Assembly (NCBI RefSeq): GCF_016432865.1
Contig: NC_067399.1
Coordinates: forward strand, 120,838,001-120,902,000
Direction: 5' to 3'
Source: Antechinus flavipes
Lineage: Eukaryota
Length of the DNA stretch: 64,000 bases
Positions 51,630 through 64,000 of the stretch are shown here, one piece after another. The stretch's first letter is position 1. The number at the start of each line of letters is the position of its first letter. Below the pieces are notes generated by a model, which was given only the letters and a program-made list of their open reading frames with translations, was not told the origin of the DNA and made no database searches. Both the position numbers and the translations under genes were made by a program.

Positions 51630-53329
51630 ACTATATTAATTGTTTTCAATGAGAATTTATTAAGCACCTATTATATGTATAACTCTGTGCTAGGTGCTTG
51701 GTTTGCCAATATGGAATAACATGTGATTTTAGATTTAGAATTAAGAGGGATTTGGATTTTGATTAAGGTCTAATAAACAATTCTTTATTGGATATAAAAT
51801 ATTTCTTTATTGGATGCAAAGACTATGAATGAATAATAGAAAAAATTCAGAGAATGGAAAGTACACTAATATAAGTAAAGGTTTTATCTAATTTAAATTC
51901 ATTTACTTCTATATATCTAAAATTAAAATTTTGGGGTATATGAGGAATCATTTTCTAATAAGTAATTTTGTCTTTGAGATTATATGTAACTGCCAACGAG
52001 TTGCCATCTTCTTTATTGGACTTGAAATTGCAAGGAGATTTGGAGAATGTTTCTGGAATCTTAATCATTTCTAATATTTACTTACTGATCCTCAGTATTG
52101 TTTTAAAAGGATTCTCTATTTGCAAGACTTACTACATATCTGCCAAAAGCAGTTAAATAATAACCAATTTTAGTCTAAGACCTTAGCTACATATAATAAG
52201 GCTATCTGGGGTTCTATATAATAAGATAGGATAATATCTAGAGTCATACTTGATAACTCTGTGACTGTAGGGAAGTCATTTAACTTCTCTGCATCTCATT
52301 TTCCTTATCTAAAATTCAGGTAATTATTTGTAATAACTACTTCATAGAGATGTTTTGAAAGATAAAACACTATAAAATGTGTTATTATTGACATTTTCAG
52401 AAACTTATAAGCTAAAAGGGAGAAAAATTGTGTACACAAATGATACAAAGTAATCTCTGAACAGTGCAAAGGAAAGTAAAAAGTTTTAATCTGAGAGAGA
52501 GACTGAAATTTAGGATAGACTATCTCTAAAAATTAATGTCTTCCTCTACACCTAGGGACCTGGAAATCTCCTTGGAAAGTTTAGTTATGTATACTGTTCT
52601 TTATTTCTCTCACTACCACCTCTTCAAGTGATCAGATAATATGTCATCACTGTTTTGGGCATACTGCTATACTGGTTAGCAAATTATCTGTACTTAAATG
52701 ACCTTTTGGTAGTCTTAACTAGTTAATATACTTCTTGAAAAAGAGAGTATAGTTTATTATTTCTGTTGTTGGAATAAAGCTGAATATTCCATTTATTTAA
52801 TTCCAAGACACCTTTTTCTTTTTTCTTACAGTAAAGATTACTCCTGAAGTGAAAAATTTCCTTTGAAAACTGCTGATTAAATTGGCTCAAGTAAATGTAA
52901 TAAAAAGCATTTGCAAACCAATGAGAAAATATGGTGAATCTTTTCAAGTGAAAAACTAGATATAAAAATCTTGCAGGATGTTTCAGGCAATTAAAATGAA
53001 ACATTATAGGCTTTTTAAATTGCATATATTTATGTGAAATATAAAATCTTATATTTTAGCATGAATTGACCATATTTCAAAGACATCTGGATCCTATGAA
53101 TATTGCTATGCTGTATTTTTGTTTTCCCTAATTTTGCAGGAATTTAAATGTGGATAGTATGATCACTAGGGATAACTTTGTTTTTACAATTGTAATTTCA
53201 CTTTTTAGGGAACACTTTTGCTTATATTTTGCCATCTTATCATATCATCAAAACCTACTCATAATATAACTTAAGACTGATTTTGAAGAAAAATTAATGA
53301 TAATTGATTTTCATTCTTTTATTTCCTTA

Positions 53330-54640
53330 GTTTTTTCTGAAATAAAATTACAAAACCATAAGCCTGATGCATTTTTTGATGTTTTTAAAGAACTATGATC
53401 TTAGAAAACTTTCTGTTTGTATTTGTTGACCATTTATTAATTAGGAATGGTCATTCTCATAAATCTGAAAATTTGAATTAAAATATTCTTTACATATTTT
53501 GAAAATGAGAGCTTTATCAGAGAAACTTGTTCCAAAAATTTCCTTTGTTTTCATGTTTCTGATAATGGCTACAATTTTGTGAGAGTGTGTGTAATTGTGT
53601 AAAAAAAATTTAATTTTATATAATCAAAATTGTCTATTTTATCTTCTATGATCTTCTCTAGCCATAACTTGGTCATAAACTGTTCCCTAATAACTGTAAA
53701 AGGAAATGTCTTCTTTGTTTCTCAAATTGATATATAATGTCACCTTTCATGTCTAAGTCATATATCCATTGGAGCTTTTTGTGGTAAGTGCTTTGAGATA
53801 TTAGTCTAGTTTCTGCTAGGCTTTCCATTTTTTTAAAACAGTTTTAATCAATTAGTGAATTATTGCCTTCAAAGCCTGGCTCTTTGTGTTTATCAAACAT
53901 TAGGTTAGTATATTTGTTGTGTTCCTATTCTGTCCCATTAGTCTCTGTTTCTTAACCAGTACTAAAGTGAAATTAATATTGTCTACTATAGTTTGGGTTT
54001 TGCTATTGTTAGTCCCCCTTCTTTCTTTTTCCCATTATTTTACTTGAGATTCTTGACCTTTTATTTCTCCAGATGAATTGAACACTATAACATAATCCTT
54101 TCTATAATTTGGTTAGTATGGCACCAAATTACTAAATAAATTAACTTAGGTAGTGATGTCATTTTTATTATATTGTCTGAACCTACCCATGAGACATAAA
54201 TAGTTCTCTAATTATTTGGATCTGTTTTTATTTCCACATTAAAAAAATTCCAAATGACTAGTAATTAGAGAAATGAAAATCAAAGTTTTACCTCACACCA
54301 ATTATATTGTCAAAGACTACAAAAAAGGGAATATGGCAAATCTTGTGCAGAAGAAAACAGTCCTGTTAATGGATTGGAGCTGTGAAATGTTTTATTATTC
54401 TGAAAAGCAATTGGTAACTATGCCCTCAAAAGTTACAATTCCAGAGAACTGATGATGAAGAATGATATCTACCTCCTTACAGAGTGGCAATGAACTCGGA
54501 TCATAGAATGAGACATATTTTTTAGTTGTAACCCATTTTAGCATTGGTTTACTTTACCACTTCATATTTGTTACAAGAGTTATCTTTTTTCTTTTCTAAT
54601 GGGAAGAGAGAGAACATTTTGGTTAATTAAAAAATAAATT
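53330..54640. mobile_element. Old L1 with 5' inversion (minus about 53330-54230, plus about 54235-54640)
   Basis: The minus part reads ORF2 up to a SHSPIDKWSKDMNRQFS-like sequence. The plus part begins at an HMKKCSKSLIIREMQIK-like sequence (cacattaaaaaaattccaaatgactagtaattagagaaatgaaaatc). Confidence 0.6.
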
Positions 54641-54645
54641 AACCT

Positions 54646-54785
54646 GGGGCAGCTAGATGGTACAATGGATAGAGTACCAGCTCTGAAGTCAGGAGGATCT
54701 GAGTTCAAATTTGAGCCCAGACATTTAACACTTCCTAGCTATGTGATCCTAGGTAAGTCATTAACCCCAATCTCCTCAGCTAAAT
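54646..54785 (+). mobile_element. WSINE1 SINE
   Basis: ggggcagctagatggtacaatggatagagtaccagctctgaagtcaggaggatctgagttcaaat...ccccaatctcctcagc. Confidence 0.88.
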
Positions 54786-55689
54786 TAATTAATTAAACAA
54801 AAAGAAAATATTGTCTTCCAACAATGTCTCCAGAGAAAATTTATCAGATTTAAGTTACCTGAAAATTAAAGATAAACATTTTGAGCTGTAGGAAATACAT
54901 TGCCATACAAAGTATTGGATTCTTGAATAGTTCTACTTAGAATATTCATCATCAATTATTAATTTAAATTAATTTTCCTGTAATTTCTACTCATTTGTTT
55001 ATAATTCTCCATAGACCATTTAATCCTTCTCCTCATTCATACTCATTTAAACATAAATATACTTTCAAGTACTGACTGCACTTTTTTGGTCAAATAGCAG
55101 TCTGGTTTTTCCAGTAGTTCTTGTCAAATATATAAACCATACCCAAATAAATATGTTCTTAAGTTCTCAGACACTGGATTGCTTTCTAAGTAAATTACTA
55201 TGCAGTTTCCAAATAGAGATATTTTTGTTTTCTCTTTACCATTGTTTATAAACTCAGTGTATTTCTCTTGTTTTATTTAATATTATTACTAGCATTTTTA
55301 GGATTATGTCAAATAAAGACAGGAAAAAGGGGATATATTTGCTTACTACTTTATTTATTGGGAAGCTTTTTATCCAGAAGCTTCATTGCATATAATGCTT
55401 TATTTTGGCTCTAAGTACTTTAGTTGGTTTTTTTTTTAATATTAAAAAGGTCCGTTCATTCCTGATTTGTAAGGTTGTTTGTTTGTTTTCATAAGTAGTT
55501 GCTTTACTTTGGCAACATCTATCAATCATATGGTTTTAAAATTTTAAAATATGTTTGGATATGGTGATTGTTCTCTTAATATTGAATCATTCTGATATTC
55601 CTTATATAAATTCAATTTGAATGCAGTGATTTTTTTTTTGATGGATATGTTGCTTTAGCCCTTTTGCCACGATTCTATTTAAAATATTT

Positions 55690-56094
55690 TGTAGAGAGCC
55701 ATAATTCTGGAGAAGTATACTTGAAAGAAGTATACTTGAAACAAGATGTTAACTCAGAGGAATTGATGATACAATGGTTATCTAGTTTACATATATACTT
55801 AGTACTTAGCATAGTGATGTAATGGTTCTCTAAATTCACACATGCACAGTGTAATGTAATGATGTAATTGTAATAGAGTATATAAAGACCAACAAGGACT
55901 AGAAGAAAGACATTCCATCTCCCACTATCCTGGTGGCTCTCCTTCCTCCTGCATTCCTCCACTAAGCCCAAGGCCCATCTGAAGTTCCCCCAGAAAGCTT
56001 GCCTGGACGCAGGTGAAGGAGACAGACTGTGAAGGAGGAGACTTTGGACTTTATTCCTGACTATTCTTGTAGTGATTATTCTGTTGAAAGCAGA
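55690..56094 (+). mobile_element. Marsupial ERV LTR of a second family, 3'-truncated, with 15-bp internal duplication
   Basis: Starts TGTAGAG. AGAAGTATACTTGAA is repeated (55711-55740), and a TATATAAA box lies at 55879-55886. The body resembles a recalled dasyurid LTR. No CA terminus or TSD was found. Confidence 0.7.
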
Positions 56095-56135
56095 ATAATC
56101 TGCTTATTTTAAGCAGATTAAACTTCATCTGCTTA
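56088..56135. repeat. Four alternating AAGCAGA/TCTGCTT inverted arms at the LTR truncation point
   Basis: AAGCAGA 56088, TCTGCTT 56099, AAGCAGA 56111, TCTGCTT 56128. Includes the perfect hairpin AATCTGCTTA-TTT-TAAGCAGATT. Confidence 0.9.
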
Positions 56136-59100
56136 ATTTTGTTAAGTCTTTTTAAAGAATTAGATTTTAGCTTTGTTTAATAGTTTGGTTTCTCTTATTT
56201 AAAAATTTCCTCTTTGGTGCTTATTTTAGATTTTTTTGTTTCCTAGTTTTATTATATATTTAGTACAAGTCTTTTTTTTTTTTTTCTTCTGAACTAGAAT
56301 GGTTCTTGTGGGAGTAAATAAGAGGAGACTAATGCAAGAGGCAAAGATAAGACTGGCCTCATTTGGCTATTCAAAGTATATAGACAATGAGACAGAAAGA
56401 AGAGCCAAGGTGATTCCAAGGTTTTGGAACTGGGTGTTTGGTAGGATTATGGTGCCAACAACAGACAAACAGAATTTTGCCCCAAAAGTTCATGAATGAA
56501 GGTGAAACTGAATTTTTTCAATGGAGTTTCCAGAGACTTTAAATTGGATCTGTTGGTGCAATGTAACATTAAAATAATTCTGGTTATATTTTTTAAAACT
56601 ATAGAGTATGGATGGATTATTTATGATCAACCCAAACCAGAATAATTCTCTGGTTCTTGGCTTAATGACTGATGTGTAGACCAACCAAAGAGGAAGAATA
56701 AGTACCATGACATAACAGCTTTCTTGGATGACTTTTTCTATGGCCCAAGGTCTGTCCCTAAAAAAGAGACTCAGACCAAAGATTTGGATGGATACCTTTT
56801 AGCAGTTTGCTTCTCTACTGAAAAACAGGAACAAATGTCCTCTTTCTGCAATGTTTTAAAGTTTACAAATTGATTTTGTTGCAAAATTCCTGAGAAGCAG
56901 GTGTTCTACTTTCTACATGAAAACTTCCTTGATTTCCCCACCTCTATTGCTAAACCCTTGCCCTTCAACATTACTTTGTTTTTATTTTGTACACCTCCAT
57001 TACAATTCTTGGAGAGCAGGATGTGTTTAATTTTTGCCTTTCTATTTCCAGCATTTGGTAATATGCCTGGCAATATAGAAGGTATTTAACCTATCCCCTT
57101 CTTCCCCCTCCTCAAAATAATCTCATATTGTTTGTAAATGCGAACTGTCCATTTAAAAAAATAAGAAAACTAAGATTCAGAGGGGTATGCAGCTACTGAA
57201 TATTAAAGCTGGATCTCAAATCTGTGGTTTCTAGTTCTACGACCAGGACTTCTACCAAGACATTAAATGTATCCAGGGCAATTGCAGTTCAGAATACAGA
57301 GGGATGTGATGGATTTAGACGCTGGATATAGCTACAAATAACTGGAAGTAGAGATACTACTATATGATCTGTTCAATTTAAACTTTGTTAAAGTGGATTT
57401 GCTTGAATAGAAGACATCATTGAATGGAATGAACCTTAGAGAGCATATAATCCTAAACTCCCTATCTGATAAACGAGTCCCTAAAAGGCAAATGACAAAT
57501 TTGGGGACTTAACAAAAAGTCAGGCTTTCTGTCTCCATAAGTGCAGAGCTCTTTGCATCTCACTTCCCCTCCCACTTATCACTGATTCTTAATTTTACTA
57601 AAATGAATATGAATTTAATTTTACTTAATCTGACTCCAATTCACAGCTTTTCTTCCACTTAGGTTAGGCTCTTCAAAATGAGTGTTTTTTCTGCTCATGA
57701 CTTCAAAACTTGGGACAAATACTGGTGTACAGTTATTTATACAGTACAGTTATTTATTCTTTTTTTTAAAGAATACTTAGCGATTTGAATAATTGTCTTT
57801 TAGCAAGTAGGAGCTCATTCAATCCCAGAAAGATTCATTTAAATTAACACTATTTGTAATTGAAATGATTTATGGAGCCTCAAAAGAGCCTGAAAGCATT
57901 GTAAATATTCCTTATTGAATTGCTTATTAAATAAATATTCTTTATTCAATTTGCAGAATCTCTGCAAGTTTGCATAATCTGAAGGAATGTAAGAGATCTT
58001 CTAATTCATAACTAAATAGAAATTTATTTTAAAAATATTCATTTCAATTTACGTCAATCCAATTCATCAGGCATTTAATGACCTAGTATATAACAGGCAT
58101 CACCAGGGAAACAATAATAAAATCACATGGGTCCTTTTAAAAAACACTGATGGAGTCATCTCCCTACTAGTGGAAGATCTCTATTGATGGGAATCAGTTT
58201 TTTTCCAGAGAAAGGCTTTCAACAATAACAAAGCTTTTCATTATAATTGTATTAAAAGCTCTCAACACAATTGCCAATATTGTTTTTAATTCTGCCCTAT
58301 GTGGATGAGCCAAAACTTTTACTTCCCCATGTTTTCTTCAAATACTCAAAGAACATGTCACATAGAAGTTTTTTCTTAGATTAACTATCCCTCATTCTTT
58401 GTGTAATGTTATCATCAGTATTTATCATCCTGTTACTCTCCTTTGTACATGCCTTTATTATGGCACTTTGAACTGAACACAATATTGCAGACGTGTTTTG
58501 CTCAGGACAGAATATATATAATAAGAGTATAACTGCCCCTCTCTAGACATGACATATGTATTAATGCAGCTGTAGTTGGAGGATTTTGGGGGTAGCTTTT
58601 TACACTTTTGATTTTTATTGAACTTGAAGCTGAGTAAAAATCTCAGATCTTTTTTTGGAACTTGTCTATTCTGTTGTGGTACTATTGATTTTTTTAATCT
58701 AACTATTTAATTTTACATTAATCCTAATTGAATTTCTTTTTATAAAATTTGGTCCTTTGTTCAAGTTTGATGAAAATGTTTGGATTCTTGGCACCATGAT
58801 CCAATGTGTTAGCTATCCTTGCAACTCTGCCATCTTTGGAAGCTTGAAGGAATAGTCTCCCTTACCTATTTCACTTACTGTAACTTCTAAGTTGATGATT
58901 TAAAGTCCTTGACTCTCTGGATTCTTGCTTAAATGGTAATGAGGTCTACCTAGTAAGAGTTACAAAATGGATAAGATGCCTAATGTTGACAATTTCTCCA
59001 CAAAACGATGGTAAATGTTTTATTTTAATTGATAATTTCAATACCATTGTTAGTAGGAGTAGAAATGGGATACAGGGGTTTCTTCTGTACTAAAAATGAC

Positions 59101-59699
59101 AATCTATATTGATTGAAGAATTTTAATAAGTACTGTTACAGAAACAAAGGGAAAATGAGAGAGATAATTTTAGAGAAAATGTCCAGGAATGGATAAAATA
59201 CGAGCTGATAAAATTAAAAGTTCTTTTCCCTAAACTATATAAATCTTAATAAGTTTTTAACACACAGTTGAGCTGTTACTCAGCAGAGAGGTACTTAAAA
59301 TCCAAAGAATTTTAAATAGTAAAAGTCTTTCAAAGGCTAGTGCCAAGAGTGTTGATCTAGGCTATGGTACAAGAAAATTCTTAAGAGATTCTGCTTAACT
59401 TTCAAGTAACTTTTGGCTTCTAAATAAACCTAAGTAATCTGAAGATTATGTAAAAGGACATTAATTTCTGTGCAAAGTCAGTTGAGTAAAATAATTGAAG
59501 AATTAATTACTTCATTTGACTAAAGAAATTTAGTCACATGGCCAAAGTTATTTAAAGTGTTTGTATGATTTCTTAATGAGTAGCTAGGATTGTTTTGCTA
59601 AGAACCTCTGAAATGACTTAGTAAAGCAGTTCTATTAAGGTACCTTAACTCTACAGTTAGAAAAGTTTCCTTATCAACCAAATGAAGGAATTGAGATAG

Positions 59700-60015
59700 A
59701 TAATGCCTTATTCTCACTCACCTCATATATCTTTTGCCAAATCTTGCCATTTCTGCATCTATATCCTTTTACCCTTCTCTCTATTCATATAGCCACATGA
59801 TCCTCATTCATGACCTCATTACCTCTCTGCTGGACAACTACAAGGACTTCCTAAGCAATCTTGCCATGTCTCTCTCCATTCTAATCCATCCTCCACTATT
59901 TTGTCAATGTTATTTTTCTAAAATGTAAGCTTTAGCATGTCAGTCTTCTGCTCAGAGACCTTTGGGTTCCCTGTTAGTTCCAGGATCAAATATAATCTCC
60001 TGTGTTTGAAATTTA
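59700..60015 (+). mobile_element. L2 3' fragment, interrupted by a MAR1 SINE at about 60019-60250
   Basis: ctctgctggacaactacaaggacttcc...ccatcctccac...ggttccctgtt...ccaggatcaaatataa. The SINE has head, CORE and MAR1 tail. Confidence 0.65.
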
Positions 60016-60431
60016 TGTAGCTAGGTGACTCAGTGGATAGAGAAATGGACCTGGAGTCAGTAAGATATGGATTCAAGACATTTACTAACTGTGTTTTCCT
60101 GGGCAAGTCACTTCACCCTGTTTGTGTCAGTTTCCTTATTTGTAAGATGAATTGGAGAAGGAAATGGCACACCCCTCCAATATCATTGCCAATAAACCCT
60201 CAAATGGGGTCAAGAAGCGTCATGACTGGAAAATGACTAAACAGCAACAAAATTCCTTATCCTTAAATAAAATAAATAAATAAAATAAGGCACTGAAAGA
60301 TTAGATGGACTTGTTTAAAATACATGGCCAGCAAGTATTAGAACTAAAACTTCAATCCAGATATTTCTGGACTTTACATCCAGTGATCTCACCATTAAAC
60401 CCTACTGCTTCACAGTTATAAGAGCCTTAAC

Positions 60432-60680
60432 TAGTGGTATACTGATAAATGTTTAACAATTGGCTATCTAGAGGACAAAATGTAAGCAGGATACACTTGT
60501 GAGGTTAATCTGCATCATTACCATTTCCCCATCACTTTCCTAAGCCTAGATAATCAACAAAATAATAAATCAAGCTCTCATTTGTAACATTTGCAGTTTG
60601 GGAGATAGGATATGTTCACACTAAAAATTTAATAATTGACTTTCTTGAGAATAATTAGCTAGCTCCAGCACACTCCTGGC
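60432..60680. mobile_element. MER63-like hAT-Blackjack MITE
   Basis: gtggtatactgataaatgtttaacaattggct...cacactaaaaatttaataattgactttc...gctagctccagcacac resembles the recalled MER63 ends. Confidence 0.6.
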
Positions 60681-62061
60681 CTTAATCATTGTAATTATTG
60701 CCAGGTGTTTCAATTCCTGGCATTTCTTTGTGTTTCATTAATTTTTTATATCTCTAAAATGTCACTTGAAGGCACTATTTTTGTTTTGTTATCTCTGCTG
60801 CTTATCCTTGCTCAAACTTTTTTAAAAAAGAAAAAACTTAGGACACAGGTAGTACAGAAAATGAATAAGGGTGGGTCTTTTTTCTGCCCAGATTTTATGG
60901 TTCTGTCATCAAATTGTTCCTGTTTATTATTTCCCTGTGCTTCATGGACCTGCCAATGTAATTTATATTGCTGCAGAAGACACAAAGTCCTAAATGCTCT
61001 TTTTGCATGTAGTTTTTCATCTTTCTCATCATTTATCACATTATGCCTCTACTTAAAATTATTTCAGTGCATTCTCATTGCTTATTAGAGAAGGAAAATT
61101 CCTTTGTTGGTTTTCAAGGCCTCCCATCATATGGCTTCAGTCTTATCATCCATTACTGCTCATCATGCATTCCTTCAAAATTGGATTACTTGTCTCCTCC
61201 CTCAAGTTGTGATCCTGCCCTTTATCATTTCTCAGCTTTGGTTCACCCTTCATGCTGGAATAGACTTCCCCTAAATCTCTTTCTGTTGAAATACTTCTCT
61301 TCCTTATATTATATTCAAAGATATGATAATAATATTTGTATAATATAATTATATAGCATAATTACTATTAAGACTCTAACTTGCCTAGAATCTTTATCAG
61401 CTCCTCCTTTGCATCAATTTCATTCTCTTTTATCATTAATTATTATAGCTAATACTAGTTAGCATTTAATTAGTGTTTACTATATGTGAAGCACTGTGCT
61501 AAGTGCTTTTCAATTATTTCATTTGATCCTCACAACAATCTGTGAGGTAAGTACTATTATTATCCCCATTTTACAAATGAGGAAACTGAGTTAAACAAAG
61601 ATTGATTGCCCAGGATCACACAGCTACTAAGTATATTTAGCTAACTTTGAACTTGGGTCTTCCTAACTGCAGCCCCAGTGCTCAATCAACTGCTCTAATA
61701 AGTTACTCCCATCAATAACTTCTGTCTATATCTTTCCCCTTTTTAGCTTATAAAGTACTGGACATATGGGTCTGGTCATATCAATGTGTCTTCCCATTGC
61801 CTAGTTTTGTGCCTTGAACATAGTAGGAACTTTTAAATATTTGTTGCATTGAATATAGAATATAACATTTTCTTTGTCTACTTTGTTCTGATCTATGGAG
61901 CAAAGTTGCCTTCAATGTTCATTTTAACCAGATTTCAAACATAAAATATGACTTTTTCCTGAATCCCACTTTTCTCTCTGGGTATTGTCATTCTAATAGT
62001 CTGTCAACTATCATACCTGTAGCAGCAGGAATTGTAATGGGGAAGGATCAGGGACACTCAC

Positions 62062-62157
62062 CACTGTACAGCAAAGGGGCCAAAACCACCAGAGAAGAGC
62101 CAGGACCAAAAGCAGGAAGAGGATCAGCAGAGAGATTGCCAGGATGGTACCATCTGA
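62062..62157 (-). CDS. ANTXR1: ANTXR1 coding exon, human exon 13 equivalent (transmembrane helix): [32 protein letters not shown]
   Basis: Hand translation of the reverse complement gives 96 bp, phase 0-0. Acceptor is ...ctttgcag and donor is gtgagt. It matches the recalled human [32 protein letters not shown]. Confidence 0.97.
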
Positions 62158-62489
62158 CTGCAAAGGGAAGGAAGACAAGGTTTTAGGAGAAATTGTTGAG
62201 AAAACAAATTACTGGGAATGGTAAAGCCCTTGTCATTTGCAGAGAGCTTCAAGGTCTTTTTGAATAACTTTTGGCAGTTTCTTCATCTATAAAAGAGCTA
62301 GAGAAGGAAATGACAAACCATTCCAGTGTCTTTGCCAAGAAAATCCCCAGTGGGCTCACAAAGAGTTGGATCGACATTGATAAAATAACAACCAGCCACT
62401 CTTTTTTTCCAGTTTGGGTCTCAAGCCCCTCCATGTTTTGATCATTATTGTTAGGATAATCAGAATACAGACCTTCAAGGGATTTAGAT

Positions 62490-62662
62490 TAGAGCTTCTT
62501 AAACTTTTCTCACTCAAAACCCCTTTTTGCTCAAGAAGCTTTTATGTGACCCTAGGTATATCAGAATATAAAACAGTACACAAACAAATATTTAGTGATG
62601 ATAAATTATAATTTTATGACCTCTAAACTCATTTACACAATTCCATTTGGAGTTGTGACCTA
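62490..62662. mobile_element. hAT/Charlie-type MITE remnant
   Basis: agagcttcttaaacttttc...cccctttttgc...gtgaccctaggtata...tgataaattataattt resembles a recalled marsupial hAT MITE. Confidence 0.55.
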
Positions 62663-63167
62663 AGTGCAGTGTCGTTATGTTATAGAAAAAAGGAGTTAAT
62701 TTGTTCAAGAAAGGTCATAAAACTAACGAGAAATTGAACTCTGATTTCTTAACTCATAGTGTGGAGTCTTTCTTTCCCAACATGGTATGTTGTTGTTCAA
62801 AAATGAATTGGCTGCCATGTCAATGAGTACTTGTTAAGTTACTTTTGATCATATCTTGAGTTAATAACTCATTTCAATTTATCTTATAACTGTTTAGAAT
62901 GAATGATGATGACAGTGGATAGGGAAAGAATATTTTGCTCTTCCCTTGTTTGAATACAGTTGAATAGGCATGAAGAAAGAGTGGTTCCCATTGGATCATG
63001 GACTGAAGAAATTATTTCGTATTATGAATAGAGCAGGATCCCCTGGATTCATGACTATCTCCTTTCTTGGAAAAGTTAAGGAGCACCTTCATCTGCTTTC
63101 AAATCTATCAGAACTTAGAATGTAGAAAGTGTGATATTGCTGCTTAATCATTAAAGCAAAGTTATTT

Positions 63168-63484
63168 TCTGGATTTGGTGGTAAATGTCTGTAATCCTTG
63201 GAAACAGGAGCTAAGACTGGAGAATTGCTTGAACTTGGGAGTTCTGAGTTACAATGAGGTAAGCTTATCAGATATCCATACTAAATTCAGAATTAATATG
63301 ATGAATCCTTGGGAATATGGGGATACCAAATTGCCTAAGAAAGTGGTAGGACTGGCCCAGGTTATAAAACAGAGTATGTTAAAGCTCGCAAGCTGAGCAG
63401 AGTGGGTTGGACATGTGAATAGCTCCTGAACTTCCAAACTAGGCAAACTAGGGAAATTTAGTCTTGAAAAATAAAAAATAAAAA
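63168..63484 (+). pseudogene. Full-length 7SL RNA retrocopy (P7SL-like), heavily mutated, with A-rich tail
   Basis: Collinear with 7SL over about 300 bp, including the S domain: gtctgtaatcc...ctggagaattgcttgaacttgggagttctgag...catactaaattcagaattaatatgatgaatccttgggaa...ttgcctaagaa...ctggcccagg...tgtgaatagctcctgaac. Confidence 0.88.
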
Positions 63485-64000
63485 CTGAGTAGCCTGGATT
63501 CTAGTAAAAAAAGAACATAACTACAAGCATATGATAGGAGTAGAGTGGAAGCAATAGGATGAGCTTCAAGGATCCTCTTCTTAATCTTAATTGTTTCTGC
63601 CAGCTCTACACAAAAGCAAGAGAAGTTACTTCTGACATATTCTCTTTCTTTGTCCCAGTTGGCCTGTATAAATATTTTAGAAGACAGAAACTTTAAGTTA
63701 TCATCCAGAGTTCTAAGCCTACTATTCCCCCTGGGCTGCTCAAGTGCCAATTGGAAAATTATCATCATAGAACCAGAGTCATTGAATCTTAGACTTGATA
63801 ATCTAGTCCAAACTTGTGGTGATCAAGAGAAAAGGAGTTTTTTGGCTCTGTTTTCTGTTCCAGAGGGGTGAGGGAGCTCACCTGTTTCTGTCCTTCCTTT
63901 CCTATCTTAAAGGTCAAGAGGCATTTATTATTTCTAAGACAACCACATATTTGGTAGCCCTCACTGGCCCCAGGACAGGTATAGATAGATAATTTCATCA

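Noticed and set aside
60705-61348. 127-aa and 101-aa hydrophobic ORFs
   Set aside because: T-rich sequence produces F/L/S-rich pseudo-membrane peptides, and the second overlaps an L2 remnant. No gene structure is evident.
63168-63484. Functional SRP (7SL) RNA gene
   Set aside because: Many substitutions throughout, CpG decay, and an A-rich tail in place of a Pol III T-run terminator indicate a retrocopy.

Overview
This is AT-rich, CpG-poor intronic DNA from a marsupial, probably an Australian dasyurid, judged from WSINE1/MAR1 SINEs, RTE remnants and dasyurid-type L1 3' ends. The exact species cannot be fixed from sequence alone. The only protein-coding gene supported is ANTXR1 (TEM8) on the minus strand. 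Five coding exons are present, equivalent to human exons 13-17 (transmembrane helix and most of the cytoplasmic tail): 62062-62157, 48776-48817, 33801-33896, 31540-31707 and 13913-13993. All are phase 0 with GT-AG boundaries. The terminal exon was not found and should lie left of position 1. The rest is transposable elements: L1 (several with target-site duplications, TSDs), L2, RTE, MIR/MAR1/WSINE1, hAT-type MITEs, three ERV LTRs and a 7SL retrocopy. The most notable observations are: (1) a TSD-bounded composite L1 insertion with an inverted, polyadenylated 3'-transduction segment; (2) a 22-bp duplication that copies the exon 16 splice acceptor; (3) three near-identical 0.9-1.4 kb tandem duplications, two with breakpoints in register inside diverged SINEs and one beside a four-arm cruciform; (4) an ALWVLL-to-AFCVLI change in a conserved tail motif. 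No new gene system is demonstrated. The duplications need read-level checks to exclude assembly artefacts. Repeat family names and human comparisons are from recall, not database searches, and boundaries of old repeats are approximate.
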